Shown here: positions 1 through 12,900 of the stretch, one piece after another
Layout of the letters: each line of letters opens with the position of its first letter
How positions within the stretch are numbered: position 1 is the stretch's first letter
Assembly (NCBI GenBank): GCA_010015585.1
Contig: ML975178.1
Length of the DNA stretch: 64,000 bases
DNA from: Eremomyces bilateralis CBS 781.70
Lineage: Eukaryota
Reading direction: 5' to 3' (one strand)
The notes under the pieces: model-generated
Told to the model about the DNA's origin: nothing
The model's database searches: none
Seen by the model: only the letters and a program-made list of their open reading frames with translations
Program-made: the position numbers and the translations under genes

Positions 1-1192
1 GGATGTGAAGCCACTGGCAGATGAGAGTTCTGCTTGTCCGGAAGGATATGCAGGTCGTTCGGATGAACGGTGCCTGGGGGGCATCCAGCACCCTGAAGAA
101 GAGGATTGTCGGCGGAAGTGTAGGCTTGCAGGCCAACAGGAGGACGAATGTAAGGAGCAATTCCAGGCAAGGACGAGACATCGCTGACAGTGTTTATGCG
201 GATAGTACTGTCACTGACCATGCCGCTCTGATCCATAAGTGCGGGTGCGGACTTGAACTTGCCAGTGGGGTTGATTTGGTCGTCACGGGCGACCTCTCCA
301 ATCGATTGAGCATTTTCTGCTCTCTCCTTTTCTAGGAGCTCCTCGGCGCGCTCATCGACAATTTCATCAACCCGATCAAAGAACTCATCCTCAGAATCGG
401 AGTCAGATTGGTATGTACGATTCGTTAGGGATCTAGTCGGAACAAAGCCCGACCCCTGAGTGGAAATGCCCGACTTAGTGGGCTCACCAGCAGCTCGAGT
501 GGTGGTACGGTTGACAGCCTTAAAAGTGTTAATGAAAGTTATCTATGCACTTTGACCGCTTGAATTACCTGAATCGTGCCACAATTGGTGTATCCAGTGG
601 TAGAAGGGTTGCCGGGCTTTTTGGCAGCCACCTCAACTGTATCGAGCTGCATCTCGTTGGAGGGATGAACGGACTGAGGCTTGTCCCCATTAACGTGCTC
701 AGGAGGAGTGAGCTGTCCATTGTTCAACTCGGCTTCCGGCTGGGCTGACTTGTTGGACTGAGACGCCTCTCCATTGGCATCCTTGCCGATGTGGGCAAAG
801 AGTTTCGTGTACTCCTCGGGCACGTCCTCACCGAGAATCGGATGATTCTGCCAGTCAATTTCCCATTCAGTGTGGAAGTCGCGGAGATCGCCCGCGATCT
901 CATTGTTCGAAATGTCACCGGATGCCTCCTCGAAGTCGAAGAAGGCGCTGAGCCCCGGTTCAATCTCAAGCTTCTTCTTCCCGTCATTCTGCTCGTTCAT
1001 TCGCGTCGAGGCATCAGGGAGATTGGTGGAAGGATCATGGGCGACGGCCTCGATGTTCTCGGGGAGGGAGCTGGCACCCGACGTAATGTCATCGGCTGAT
1101 AGAGTTGGGTCGTCGATGTTGGTTTCAGCCGACGCCTTCCTCGCCGCCATGACGGCATCGAACATGATCTGAAAGTCGGACATGATTCGCAA
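1..1192 (-). CDS. Hypothetical acidic, low-complexity protein; 3' end runs off the window
   Basis: ORF 1192-569, then a 50-nt intron at 568-519 (GTAATT...TTAAC...AAG). The frame then stays open from 518 to position 1 (AVNRTTTRAAGEP...SDSDSEDEFFD...). No family motif recognised. Confidence 0.6.
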
Positions 1193-2306
1193 GCGATATC
1201 AATGTCAGAGAAGAATTGAAAGTTCGGAAGAGAAAATTAAGGGGTGCTAGACCAAAGAAGATGAAGTCTGCTTGTTTGAAACGAAGATTAAGCTGTATGA
1301 TGTTGAAATGGATCTTCGAAGAATGGAGAAGAAGCAAAGAAGAGGTGGGAGAGAAGAGAATATCGAAAGGTTTGTGGAAGGAAAATGGAAGATTGGAAGT
1401 GGTAAATGGGGGGGGGAAGTGAAAGTGCAAAGCGAAGGAACAGGAATTTCGAAAATGGGAGAGTTGCGAGTGGGAGACAGCGAATTGCGAAGTGAAATTG
1501 ATAATCCCGAAGGTTTCCAACTCTTGCAGCGACAGAGTGAAAGTGATACCAATTTCTCCCTTCGAAGGGGAACTTGACACTCAATTGCTTCTTCCCCCTA
1601 TCCCTTGTGGGAGTTGAGGCATAGAGATGACCCTCAACCGGCTACAACAAAACCTCCATGCTTTCGCTATCCTGTCGGACTAAGAGTATATAAAGCGGAA
1701 TCCTATCTCGGATTGTTCTTTTGCTCGTCCGGTCCCTCGAAGAATATTGTAGCTTGAGCTGGTCAATCGCATGGCGCCTTGAGACCCTCCGTGAGCCATC
1801 CCCATAGACGATCTTGCTATACTTCCTCTCTTGTAATTATGACCCTAGTGGGTGCATCCCGGGGGCCCAGTTGTGCAAGTAATCCCATCTTCATTCAGCA
1901 CGGTATGGAACTGCAGGCTTCAGCAGGCGGAGTGGTATGTGAGAACCCCAAGCTTCGTTCCTTGCTCTTTCTACTCATCCGCCAACTCCATAGGTTATTT
2001 TTCCTTATCATATTCTGCCTATTACTATGAACATTATATAACAGGTTTCCTCAATCTTATATACCGGTCATGCAGCCTTTACAGTGAGGTTATCCATCGC
2101 GGTCCGTCTGGGTGAGGTCTAAGTAAGGTTTCTTGGCACGCGTAAAGCAGACCAGATTGGAGATGGCGATGACGACAGACACTGCTGCAGGCAACCACGA
2201 TAAAACCGCATGTAACCGCCGTATGGAAGCAAGGATGGGTGGAATGTCTTCTCCTTGCTCGTCACCTCTCAGACTTTGATCTTGTCGTTCCCTCTCTTTC
2301 GTCATG

Positions 2307-3447
2307 TCACGGCGTCCAGTCCATCGACTCTGGCTCGGGAAGAGGCAAGTCCAAATGCACGAGGATCGGAGCATTCTTCGGACGGTAACTCACTGTCATA
2401 ATAGCGGCATTAACCATGAGAGTCTGCTTCCCAAACTTCAAAGTATCCGATTTCGATTTCGACTCGTCCCCACTGGTATCACCCCCAGGACCAGCTCCGC
2501 TCACATCTACCTCGACACATCGCTTGCTGATTGCCTCCTCTTCCTCAAAATAGAACTGCTCCGTACTCTTTACCGCATCGGCCACCCTCTCTTCACTCGG
2601 ATCCTTCTCTTCAGGCCATGTCACCTTCTCCACACCCCAACCCTCATGAATATGCCCAAAGCAGCACAGCTTCGGCCGCACCCTTGCGACCGCATTCAAC
2701 AGATTCCGACATCCCACTCTTTCTCCACTAACAACCCAATCCCTCGCCATCCACGGCGGGCCATGCGTCATGACGACATCCACGCTCGGGAAGTCCGGGA
2801 TGGGATGCTCCGAGATGGATCGCACGCCTTCACGGCAGTCTTCCTGCAAACTGAACCGGTCATGGCTCCTCTCGTACGCGAAAGCCATTCCGCAGAACTC
2901 TGGGGTGTACGGAGAGGCGTAGATGGACAGGCGGGCGCCTGTGCGCGGGATAGTGAAGGTGTGGTGGCCTTCAGGGAGGTAGTAGATGCCGGAGAACTTG
3001 GCGTCTTCCCACATTTGGCGGACGGTTTCAGGAGTGGTATTGGAAGTATTGAGGCCACGGGCGTGAGCCCAATAGTCAGGATCAAGTGAGGCATCGTGGT
3101 TCCCTGCGATAGTTAGTTTGGGGGTTTGGGCGCGTCATGGAATTGGAACAGCGATGCAGAGGGCTGGGGCATGAAGATACAAATAATGGTATCATGTAGG
3201 ACCAATTTATTTGAAAGACCTTACCGGCAATAACCAGTTTTAAATCTGCTTTCAGCGACTTCATGAGTTCAATCGTACGTCGATGCTGGTTCTCCAGGCC
3301 AGACATGGTAAGGTCTCCGCAATGCAAAACGACATCAACAGGCGGTGGGGACTTTCGAAAGGCATACTCTGAGTCTTTCGGTTTCAACGTCTCACCATGG
3401 GTATCACTAATGACAAGGAGACTAGTACGAGCCATATTGGACATCAT
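2307..3447 (-). CDS. Calcineurin-like metallophosphoesterase (MPPED/239FB-like)
   Basis: Motifs ISDTHG, HCGDLT, IAG|NHD (rebuilt across intron 3224-3104, GTAAGG...CTAAC...CAG), THGPP and FGHIHEG match the metallophosphoesterase signature. Confidence 0.92.
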
Positions 3448-4373
3448 TCTCCCAGCATTCCTGCAGACTGCAATCCCCAGGCCAGCCCAAGATGCAGAAA
3501 CAAAAGTAGGATTACAATGACTGGTAACTCAAAGACACCAATGACTCCCAAGTATCAATATTCCACTTTTATCACTGCTGTTATAGAAAGTAGATATAAA
3601 CAAGCGTTAAAGGTTCAATACTGTCAACTTAGAATTGGAGGAATGAAGTTGATAATGACATTGCGCTAATCTCGATTAATTAGGTCGACAGAAGGCCCCG
3701 CAGCCGTGGTGCTGAGGCGATAAGGCGCCTAACCACCTTCAGTCATTATTACTGTTGGTTGAGAGACTCTAACTTAAAGTACCTAGAAATTTAGAGCAAC
3801 ATGCCCAATTCTATCAGGCGCAGGTACGCTATGGAGTACACCGTGTATAGCGTGACCAAAATAGTGTGAGTGTGTTGGGCGGCTGGGAGATATCACTCCG
3901 CCTCCAAATTTATATATAAAAGTCATATTTCAAGCTCCGAACTTTGTTAGAAAGGCAGAGGATGTAGCTACAAGACTGGACGGACATCACCATGCACGGC
4001 CATGATATGTAACCGCAGAGACCAATCCCTGATTAAATACCCATTAATTGGCGCCATGGTAGATAACACGATTAGATGCTGAAAGTACAGGTTGACCGCC
4101 CAACTTGGCACTATGAGATTAGCATTCGCTATGTAGTTCGTCATGCCTCGACGAACGCTTTCTATACACGAGACCAAAAAGGAACCGTTTCCAATGCACT
4201 TCACTCTGTACAATAAATATGCCAGCAAGAGAGCCACCCAAATTTACAAGACGAAAAGCTCGTGACAGGCGAACAATGCCTTCTCAACTATCCAAGGATG
4301 CAAATGCGAATTAAGCCGATAATCATGCCTCTCTAGAGTCTACGAGGAAATAGGAATGCGTCAATGCAGGAAA

Positions 4374-7301
4374 TCAATGCCAAAGCCGGAAGATCCGCCG
4401 TGGTTTCTTCCTCTGGTCGCCGTCTTCTTGCTCGAGCGTTTTGATGTATTGCACGAAGGACTTCTTGTGGACCTGTACATGCATCGTTAGCAACCATCAC
4501 TGAACCCAAGATACAGGTGATAGAAGACTGGAAGGGAAGAAATTCATGGGAAAACTCACCAACCCGACATATTTCCCGTCCCGCAAGACGCAGATATATC
4601 GCAACCCCAACTTCACAAAACACTCGTACACTAAATCCATCGGACTATGGTAATCCAAACTCACCGGCGCCGGATCAATGAACGCCGTGAAATCCTCCTC
4701 CTCCACCACCTCCCCCTCCCCCTCATCCTCCCTTACCGACGCCCGCCGCCTCCGCCCCCGATCCCGCTCCTCCTCCCCCGTCTCCGCCCACCGCACCACC
4801 GTGCTCATCATGCACTCATGCTCATCGAATCGCGCTGGCCCCAGCCGATCCTCCAGCCGATCGAGCGCGAACTCCAGATCCGGCGCCGGGATCAACCCTA
4901 CTAGTACGCCGTCCTGTACCAGCGGCAGCCCGCCGTCCAATTCGCCCGCCAGATGCAGATGCTCGAGCTTCTTGCGCAGCACGCCTGCGGGTACGGTCGG
5001 CCGGTCGGTGATGTCAATGACGCGGTGGCGGTGGAGGCGCGGGGACACGAGGTCGGCCAGCTCGGAGGTGAATAGCGGGCGCACCTTGTTGTCGAGGTAC
5101 GGGTAGGAGTTCATGTCGGTGAGCAGGTCGTAGATAGAGAGTGGCTCGAGCGCGTCGGCGGTCCATTTGCTGACGAGTACGCCGATGGAGAAGGGGAGCA
5201 CGTGGTCGAGGGACCCGGTGAGTTCGAAGAGGATCACGGCGAGGGTGACGGAGAGGCGGGTGACGCCGCACATGGTCGCGCCGGCGGCGACGAGGGCGTA
5301 GACGCCGGGAACGACGCAGTTTTCGGGGGAGGCGTCGGCGGAGCAGCGGGGCCCGAAAAATCCGGTGTGGGAGTAGGTGAGGGCGATGTATTGGACGATG
5401 TGGCCGACGATGCGGCCGAGGATGCCGCCGACAACCATGGAGGGGACGTAGATCCCTGCGGGCACCTTGATGCCGAAGGTAATGGTGGTTAGGAAGGCTT
5501 TGATGATGAAGGCGATGCAGAGATATCCGATGACGGTGGGGATCTGGTCTTTGGTAGGGCAGAGACCGGTGCCGCTCTCGGTGAAGGCGTCGCAGGGAGA
5601 GGCGAGCTCGAAGAGGAGTTCCGTGACCGGGAGCTTGGTGTAGCGGTTCCAGTAGCTGATGAGACCGGTGAGTAGGGCGACGAGCATGACTTCGAGCATG
5701 GGCCACTTCCTGATGAAGGGGATACGACGGAAGGTTCTGGCCCAAAGGCCGGAAGCCTTGATGAAGAGGGCTCCGAGAGCGCCGCCGAGGATGCCGAGGA
5801 TGACGAAGGCCACCATTTCGAAGAGCTCCCAGTCGGTGAGGTAGCGGACTTCGAAGATGACGATCTTGTGGGTGCCGTAGGGGTTGAGGAACTTGAGAGA
5901 TAGCGCGGCAACGATACAGCAGAAGAATGTGCGGAAGAGGGTCTTCGGAGGGAAGTAGTAGCTGACTTCTTCGAGACCGAAAAGGACACCTCCGATGGGT
6001 GCACCGAAGGCCACGGCTACACCGCTGGCGGCGCTCGCGCTGAGGACTTCTCGTCGTTTCCCATCGTTGTGGTTGTACTTGGAGAAGAGACGACAGGCAA
6101 TGTTCCCAACGCATGTCGCGATATGGACATATGGCCCCTCCTTCCCTAAAGCCAGTCCAGATGAAACGGCGAGAACCAGGGCAATGGTTTTTACCACTAA
6201 TGTCTTGACACCGAGGTACCCGTGCAAAACGAATCCGCTCAGGATGACCTTGACCTCCGCAACGCCACTTCCAGCAGCCGGATAGTAGACCATCGGCCCA
6301 CGACCTTGAGACTTGCCGTGCTTTTGAGTTGGCAATGTACTCTTCTTGCCGTCGACATCATCGCTTCGGTTCTCCGCGGCAAGATTCTCATCGAGAGTGG
6401 AAAGCGAGATACTGGACGGGATCACGGTCTTGGTCGTAAGCGTGAGAACGCAGGCCGCCGCTGCAAAAAGGACCGCAATCAGCAGGTAGGATAAGTACTC
6501 GACTGCTTCCGCGCTCAAACCGCCGATATGGATCACATCCGACCAGTGCTTCCAATCCACGCATTGACTCGCCCCCGCGCAGCAGCTCTTCTTGTTCATA
6601 TAGAGCCCCGACGAGCAATACCCCGTCTTGTAATCGAACAGCAGCGATTCGCTCACGTTCACGAAATACGCGATCGCCGACGTGATGCACCCGATGATTC
6701 CCACCAACAGCCAACCCTGCGCGCCATCAAACCACGCCTCGATCCTCCCCCGGATGTCCTTTCTGCTCCGCAGCTCTTTCACCCGGTACGCATCCGCAAT
6801 GCTATCGTGCACCCAGTCCGTCGACGTGAACTGATCGTACCACACTCGATTATCATGGTAGAGAGAGGCCTTGGAATCCTGCAACGCCTCCGCCCCCGGC
6901 GTCCGGTCGGCGATCAGCGCGTTCGCCAACCGCGCCCCGAACGAGCCCACTCGGCTATGGTTCCTCGGAAACCGGACGCTGTTCTGTCGGCTCAGATGCG
7001 GCGGCCCCCGCGGCGTGCCCGGGACGCTCATGTACGACCGGTTCGCGCCGCCGTCGCGGGCGTGCAGCAGGCTGGAGCGCTCGTCGACATGGTTGGAGGG
7101 CTTGGTGGGGATATGGGTGTGGAGGTCGAGATCGGATGAGCGGGCGGTACGGGGACGGGAGCGGCGGTAGACGGGGGAGCTGGTGCCGGTGTAGGGGGAT
7201 TGGAGGCCGGTGTGCTCGTCGCCGGAGGGGTCATCATCGTCCTCGTCGTCTTCGTGGCGACGTCGGGTGGTGTCGAAGTAAGAGGACTGGGATTTCGGCA
7301 T
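4374..7301 (-). CDS. CLC-family chloride channel / Cl-/H+ exchanger with C-terminal CBS region
   Basis: CLC motifs GSGVAEVK, GKEGPYVH, FGAPIGGVLF and PAGIYVPS. A final intron at 4559-4473 (GTGAGT...CTAAC...CAG) joins a last exon VHKKSFVQYIK...LWH* ending at 4374. Confidence 0.95.
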
Positions 7302-9975
7302 GGTTACGGTGGCGTCGGGCGCGAGATGGGAGCTCGTAGGGGGTTAGGCGGCCTATCTGCGAAGAGGACGGATGTCAGAAAGAAGGGAGCCGATGCTGGG
7401 ACTCGTGAACATGGCCAGGCATAGTTCTATAGAGAATAGAGCGAAGTGAACAGCTTGTCTTTAGAATTTGGACATTGGAGATGGATCGCGTCCCGGAGAT
7501 TGGATGGTCAGTTGGACACGGCAAACATGCACGAGGACCCTCGCAACGTGTTGCTTGTCCAAACACTACCCGTCTTGGCCTCCGTTGTTCGGGGGCTTAT
7601 GGCGTGGTCGTATGGCTGGGGGGAATCCAGATGACTGCGAGAGCACTTACGAGACCATATTATCGCCTCATCGATGATTCTACCAGAATCTCCATTTTCA
7701 GGCTCCTCTTAATGGAGATGAGGAGAGGAGGAATGGAGAAGGTGGAGGGCTTGAGTGGGAATCCGGGGTGGAGGGTGTGGGGGGTCATTGTCTCAGTCAC
7801 GGTCATCGATCTGTTTACAGCTATATGCAGTATGACTTCAGCTATTGGCAATCAAAAAAGTACAGAGTATTTTGCCTGGTTAAAGCATAATGCAGTATGA
7901 GAAAGTACTCCGTACTGGTTGCATGATTTAATGATGTGGACCGTTGCTACTGGTAGTTTGGTACGCCAGATAGTCCTCGACTTCGAACAAAGATCGAGAG
8001 ATTCCGGACTTTATGATGCTCGGCCGAAAGATTCCGACGTCAGCCTGCAGACTATCGACGGGTTTACCGTTTACGTGTAACTAACTTATTGAGCTTGGAA
8101 TAATCTTGGTCTGTCGATATAAGCAATACCGGTACGTACTATTACTATTCACAAAGAGTTTTTGAGAGGGCCGGGTAGATCCAATATCTATCGACGGAGG
8201 AAGACGAGACGTTTATATTGCTCGCAAGTTGCAACAGCCGCCAGATGGTTGAATCGATCCTCATGTCTCGGTTTCCTCTCTTGTGAAGATGTAAGGCACA
8301 TACGGGAGATCAAGCTGAGCATCCCGTCCTCTACTGCAATCCTTCTAACTATGTGCATTTCATACCACCATACCATGACCATCAAATATCATCATGCTTC
8401 GGTCAGCTTCGCCGCAGCATAATGCCATGCTCCAGTTGCCTCCATTCTTCGGCCGAATCCTCCAGCGAAACCCCAAGAGCCAGGGCCCAGTAGGCCAGCA
8501 GGAAGCACTATTAAGTAAGCACCAAATAGGGGAGGTAATCGGCTCATGGCTGACACTTGTCAAGCTAAACCCAAGTCCCCAACCAAGACCCTCCCCACGC
8601 CTCCCCAAGCACGCCTAACCTTTGCAACTTACGTACAGGCTCATGGAGTAGTGTCTCCGGTGTGGATCAAAGCCCCCGAATCAGTGTGCAGATCGCCTTA
8701 GCGGTTTCTGCTTTCCCCAAGCTTGGAAATATTGTGAAACATGAAATAGGCTGAGTGCATCTGTCAAAAATATGTCCAACGTGTGATCGATCCCCATTCG
8801 AGTTGTGACTGGCAGAGAGGCAGTCCTTGCGAACACAAACACGCGGCATCGCATACGTTCGTGGATTGTAGTATTGCTCCTCTATTCAGCATATTTGGGA
8901 CCGAAGCATCCCGCCTAGACATAGACCCTGAGTCCCTGTGAGGTATTTGCGTTTCGACGTGCTATCAAAACCCGGGTGGATCGAGCAGAAAGCGAATAAG
9001 CGATCATCATCGTCTGCATGGGCTCCTTGGTCGGCAGGTCGGGTCCCAACCCCAGGCCCTCCCAAGTCCCAACACTGTACTCCGTAGAAGTGTGGATGTT
9101 CGAAGGCCGCGTGGAAGATCAGAAACAGTCGGTGTCTGTGAAGCGTGAACGATCGGGTTTGGGTGTTGACACCAACCTTGGATTCACCAATACGGCATCT
9201 CGACACTGTACTGGTTCCATGTAAGGGGGCACGTCCTGCACACCGTACATCAGCTCGTTGATGAATCAGATCCACGTCTTCTGTTGCACAGATCGCGGGG
9301 AGCTCTGTGTGTGGCCTCGAGGAGGATGGATGATGATGATGCTCGCTTTAGTGTCGGTATGCTCGGTCCGTATACGGATGTCAGACCCAGCTGGTCTGTG
9401 GCGCTATTCCAGAGTTCGTTCGACAATTCGACAATTCGACAATTTATTACAGTATGCACCATAGATGACCATATTTCGGCTAGCTCTGATCCCAAGAGGA
9501 CGCTCTATCTGCTTACTGCCCTCATCCATGCTCCAAGAGATTTCTCGTAACGCAAAAACAGGAACGTTGATCTCCAATTCTCCATTTCATCCATACATCG
9601 GATTATCTCCAGACTAACCCGAATCGGTTCTCCCAAGAAGCTCTCCGCCTCACGCTCCTTTCTGTCGCATCCCAATTTCTTCCGCCTTTCTCTCGCAAAT
9701 ACTATCGCTATTTTACCCTCGTCCTAAATCATTCCTTTCGAAATATTCTACCACCATTCGCTAATATTGCGCTCCAATTGTCGTCCTTCTCTTACCCGTG
9801 TTGGCGTGTTGGCGACGTGCCTCTGTCAGGGGACGAAACTTCCACCCATTGATTCCCCAAGTACATATACCGCAGTGCTGTGAAAACCACGTTGCGCATC
9901 CGACCGCTCATCGATCTTTTGGATTTACCCCGTGATGCACCGCTGTGTCGGACCTTGAACCTAAAGAACGGCGAC

Positions 9976-12900
9976 ATGCCCTGGCGACCACTCCCTCGAA
10001 TTGCCTTCGGCATCTGCGTCTACCCGTTCCAACCCACCTCCGCCGCCGACCTCCCCCTCGAAATCGGCGACGAACTCTATATCATCGAACAAGGCGGCGC
10101 CGATGGCTCGTGGTATCGAGGATATTTGGTCGCGCCTCCGTCGCTACTGGCGGGCTTAACCAGCGTCAAGGGACAGACCCTGGAAGCACGCGTCTTCTCG
10201 GGTATCTTCCCGCGATGCTGCGTCGAGGTGCGGGAGGTGCTGGGAGAGGATCGGATGCGAAGTCGGTTGGAAGACGCAGCGCCGCTGCCTCCGGACTCGT
10301 CGGGACGACTGGAGTCTCGGAACAGCCATGCGGAAAAGACGCCGAATGGCGTGTTGACACCGACGGAGAGCTCGACTCCAACCCCCAATGCTCAAGCGGC
10401 GCGAGATCGTAGCGCCAGGCTATCGAAGACGGATGCCGGCGTGCCAAACGGTGCGCAGAAGACCAAACCTAACTTAACATTAGGGACCCTCGCATCTCGA
10501 AGGACCACGCGGTCCGAACTCTCCGCGCCATTCACGTTTCCGCTGTCCCCATTATCCGTAGGACCACGCGACCTCAGTTCCCCTCGACCACCGGCGCCGG
10601 TACCGATGTTGAAAATTGGAGATGAGACGCCCACATCGACGCAGGAGCCGCTGGTCGACGAGATTGCGTCGTGTCTGCGGGAATGGCATTCCACGAAGCT
10701 GCACGAGCTTCTCTTGGCGCGTCGATACCACCTCCTTGACAAGATGTCGAACCTGGTGCAACGACTCGACACGTCCCGCCGACAATTGCTGCACAAGGTA
10801 TTGACGGATCACGAGCTCTCCATCCTCCGAGAGTCGGCCGTGTGGGATTTGGTCAATGGGAACAAAATGTTGAGTGGGGAGGTCGTGGTCCGCAATCCCT
10901 TCCAGGGAGGGAGGATCCTCACCGCGGACGATTCGCCGATCGAGCTCACCAAGTTGCAGTCGATGATGAGTCTCCTGTCCGAGCGGCCTGTGCCGCACGT
11001 CGATGAACATACCATGCACCACATTTTCGTCGACATTGCCGGTTCGACGAAGCAGGAAATGCCTCCAGTGACAATTGCGCTCCACCTGTGCACCAAAGCT
11101 CCTGGTGAGCCGCTGCGTCCCCTCTCCGAAATGTACGCTATCGACTTCTCCCATCGCGATACATCGGGAGCGGTTGCGGATACGAATCTAAAAACACTTT
11201 TTGTCGACCTTGCCTCCACGGACATCGGTGAGGGTGCTGGAAGCGGAAACAACCTCTACCTCGCCTTCAAGATCCTCGCAAACGAGCCCCTCCGATCGCA
11301 AGCGGAGTATGCCATGCCGAGGGAGAGCACGTCGAGCAGAGGCGCTCATGGTGTGGAAACCTCTGGCACCATCAAAGGAGGACGGCGAAGTCTGATGTGG
11401 GGCCAGAAAGGCCGCAGGCCCGGGGAACCCCTGACGAAGCCAGACAGTCGTCCACCGACCGGTGGTGATGCCGCGAGAGGGTTTCAGGACCCGCCTCGCC
11501 CGAGCACCAATCAACGAGCCACCTCCTCCCGCGACAACAAGACCGTCAAGCGAACCGTTGGCGGCGGCATCATCCGCATCGACCAAATCGCCAAACGCAA
11601 CGGCGACGCCGAAGTGGAGATGGAAGCCTGGGCGCCCTTCATGCCCTGGGACGACCCTCCCGCCGAAGAAGGCTGGGACCCTCTCCTCCCCGAGATCCTC
11701 CCCAGTGCGAGCGGCCACTACCGACGCTTCAACGCCCCCAAGTCCCTCTCCCTCTGCCTCCAAGCATTTTCCCACCCGGACGCCGAGTCCCTCATCAAGA
11801 ACACCCCCACCCTCCTCCACCGCGTCACCCAAACCCGCAAAATCGGCTTCTCCGGCGCCCCCACAAAACCCCGCTCCGACATCTACATCACCCTCTCCTC
11901 CGCCTACCTCCCCCGCAACGGCTTCCTTGCCCACCCCAAATCCGGCACCGCGCCCCTTGGCATTCACTCCGGCTCCGCCAACCTGCAACTGACCCTCGAA
12001 GTCCGCCGCTCGACCGGCGAGCGCATCGAATCGTGCATCTACCCCGCCTGCAATTCCGCCGGCCACACCGCCTGGCGCACCACCGCCGTCGAGCGCGGGG
12101 AGCCCTGGAACCTGACGATCCGCCTCGCCATCGATCCGGAGGACGTGCCTGGCTGCCACATCGTGATGAGCGTCGCCGACGCGCCGGGGTTCCCGTTCGC
12201 GCTGTGCTGGATGCCGCTGTGGACCGCCGAGGCCTTCATGCGCGACGGCGACCATTATCTGACGCTGTACAGCTACGACGAGTACACGTCGAGCATGATC
12301 TCCGGACGCGGCGCCTATCTCGGGTTGCCGTGGAGCTCGAAGAAGAAGGATGAGACGGTGGTGGGGCCGATGGCCGCGTTGCGGTTGAGGACGTACTTAT
12401 GTAGTACGCAGTATTCGCAGGATCCGACGTTGTTGGGGTTGTTGAAGTGGCGGGACGAGAGTGGTGAGCATTTGGTGCAGCTGCTTCGGCGGTTTGTGTT
12501 TGTGCCGGAGATTGAGATCGTGAAGTTGTTGAACGAGGTGTTCGATGCGTTGTTTGAGCTGCTGGTGGAATATGCCGAGTCGGAAGAGTATGAGGACCTC
12601 GTGTTCAATGCACTGGTGTTCGTTCTCGGCATCGTGCATGATCGGCGCTTTAAGTTGGGTCCGTTGGTCGATGGGTATGCGGAGACGCGATTTAAATACC
12701 CGTTCGCGACGGCATGCTTGATACGGAGTTTCCAACGGCTCCTCGCGAACCCGACCGATCCAGAGACATCGAGGAAATTGCGTGCCACGTTCAAGGTTGG
12801 CTCGCACATCTTCAAGTTCATCGTCAATGCGAGACAGCAACAGGAAGAGAAGGAAGCCGGTATTGGCATAACGAACAGGAAGCCAACGTTCACCAAAGAT

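Noticed and set aside
9419..9444. (TTCGACAA)x3 tandem repeat
   Set aside because: Short slippage repeat with no further structure.
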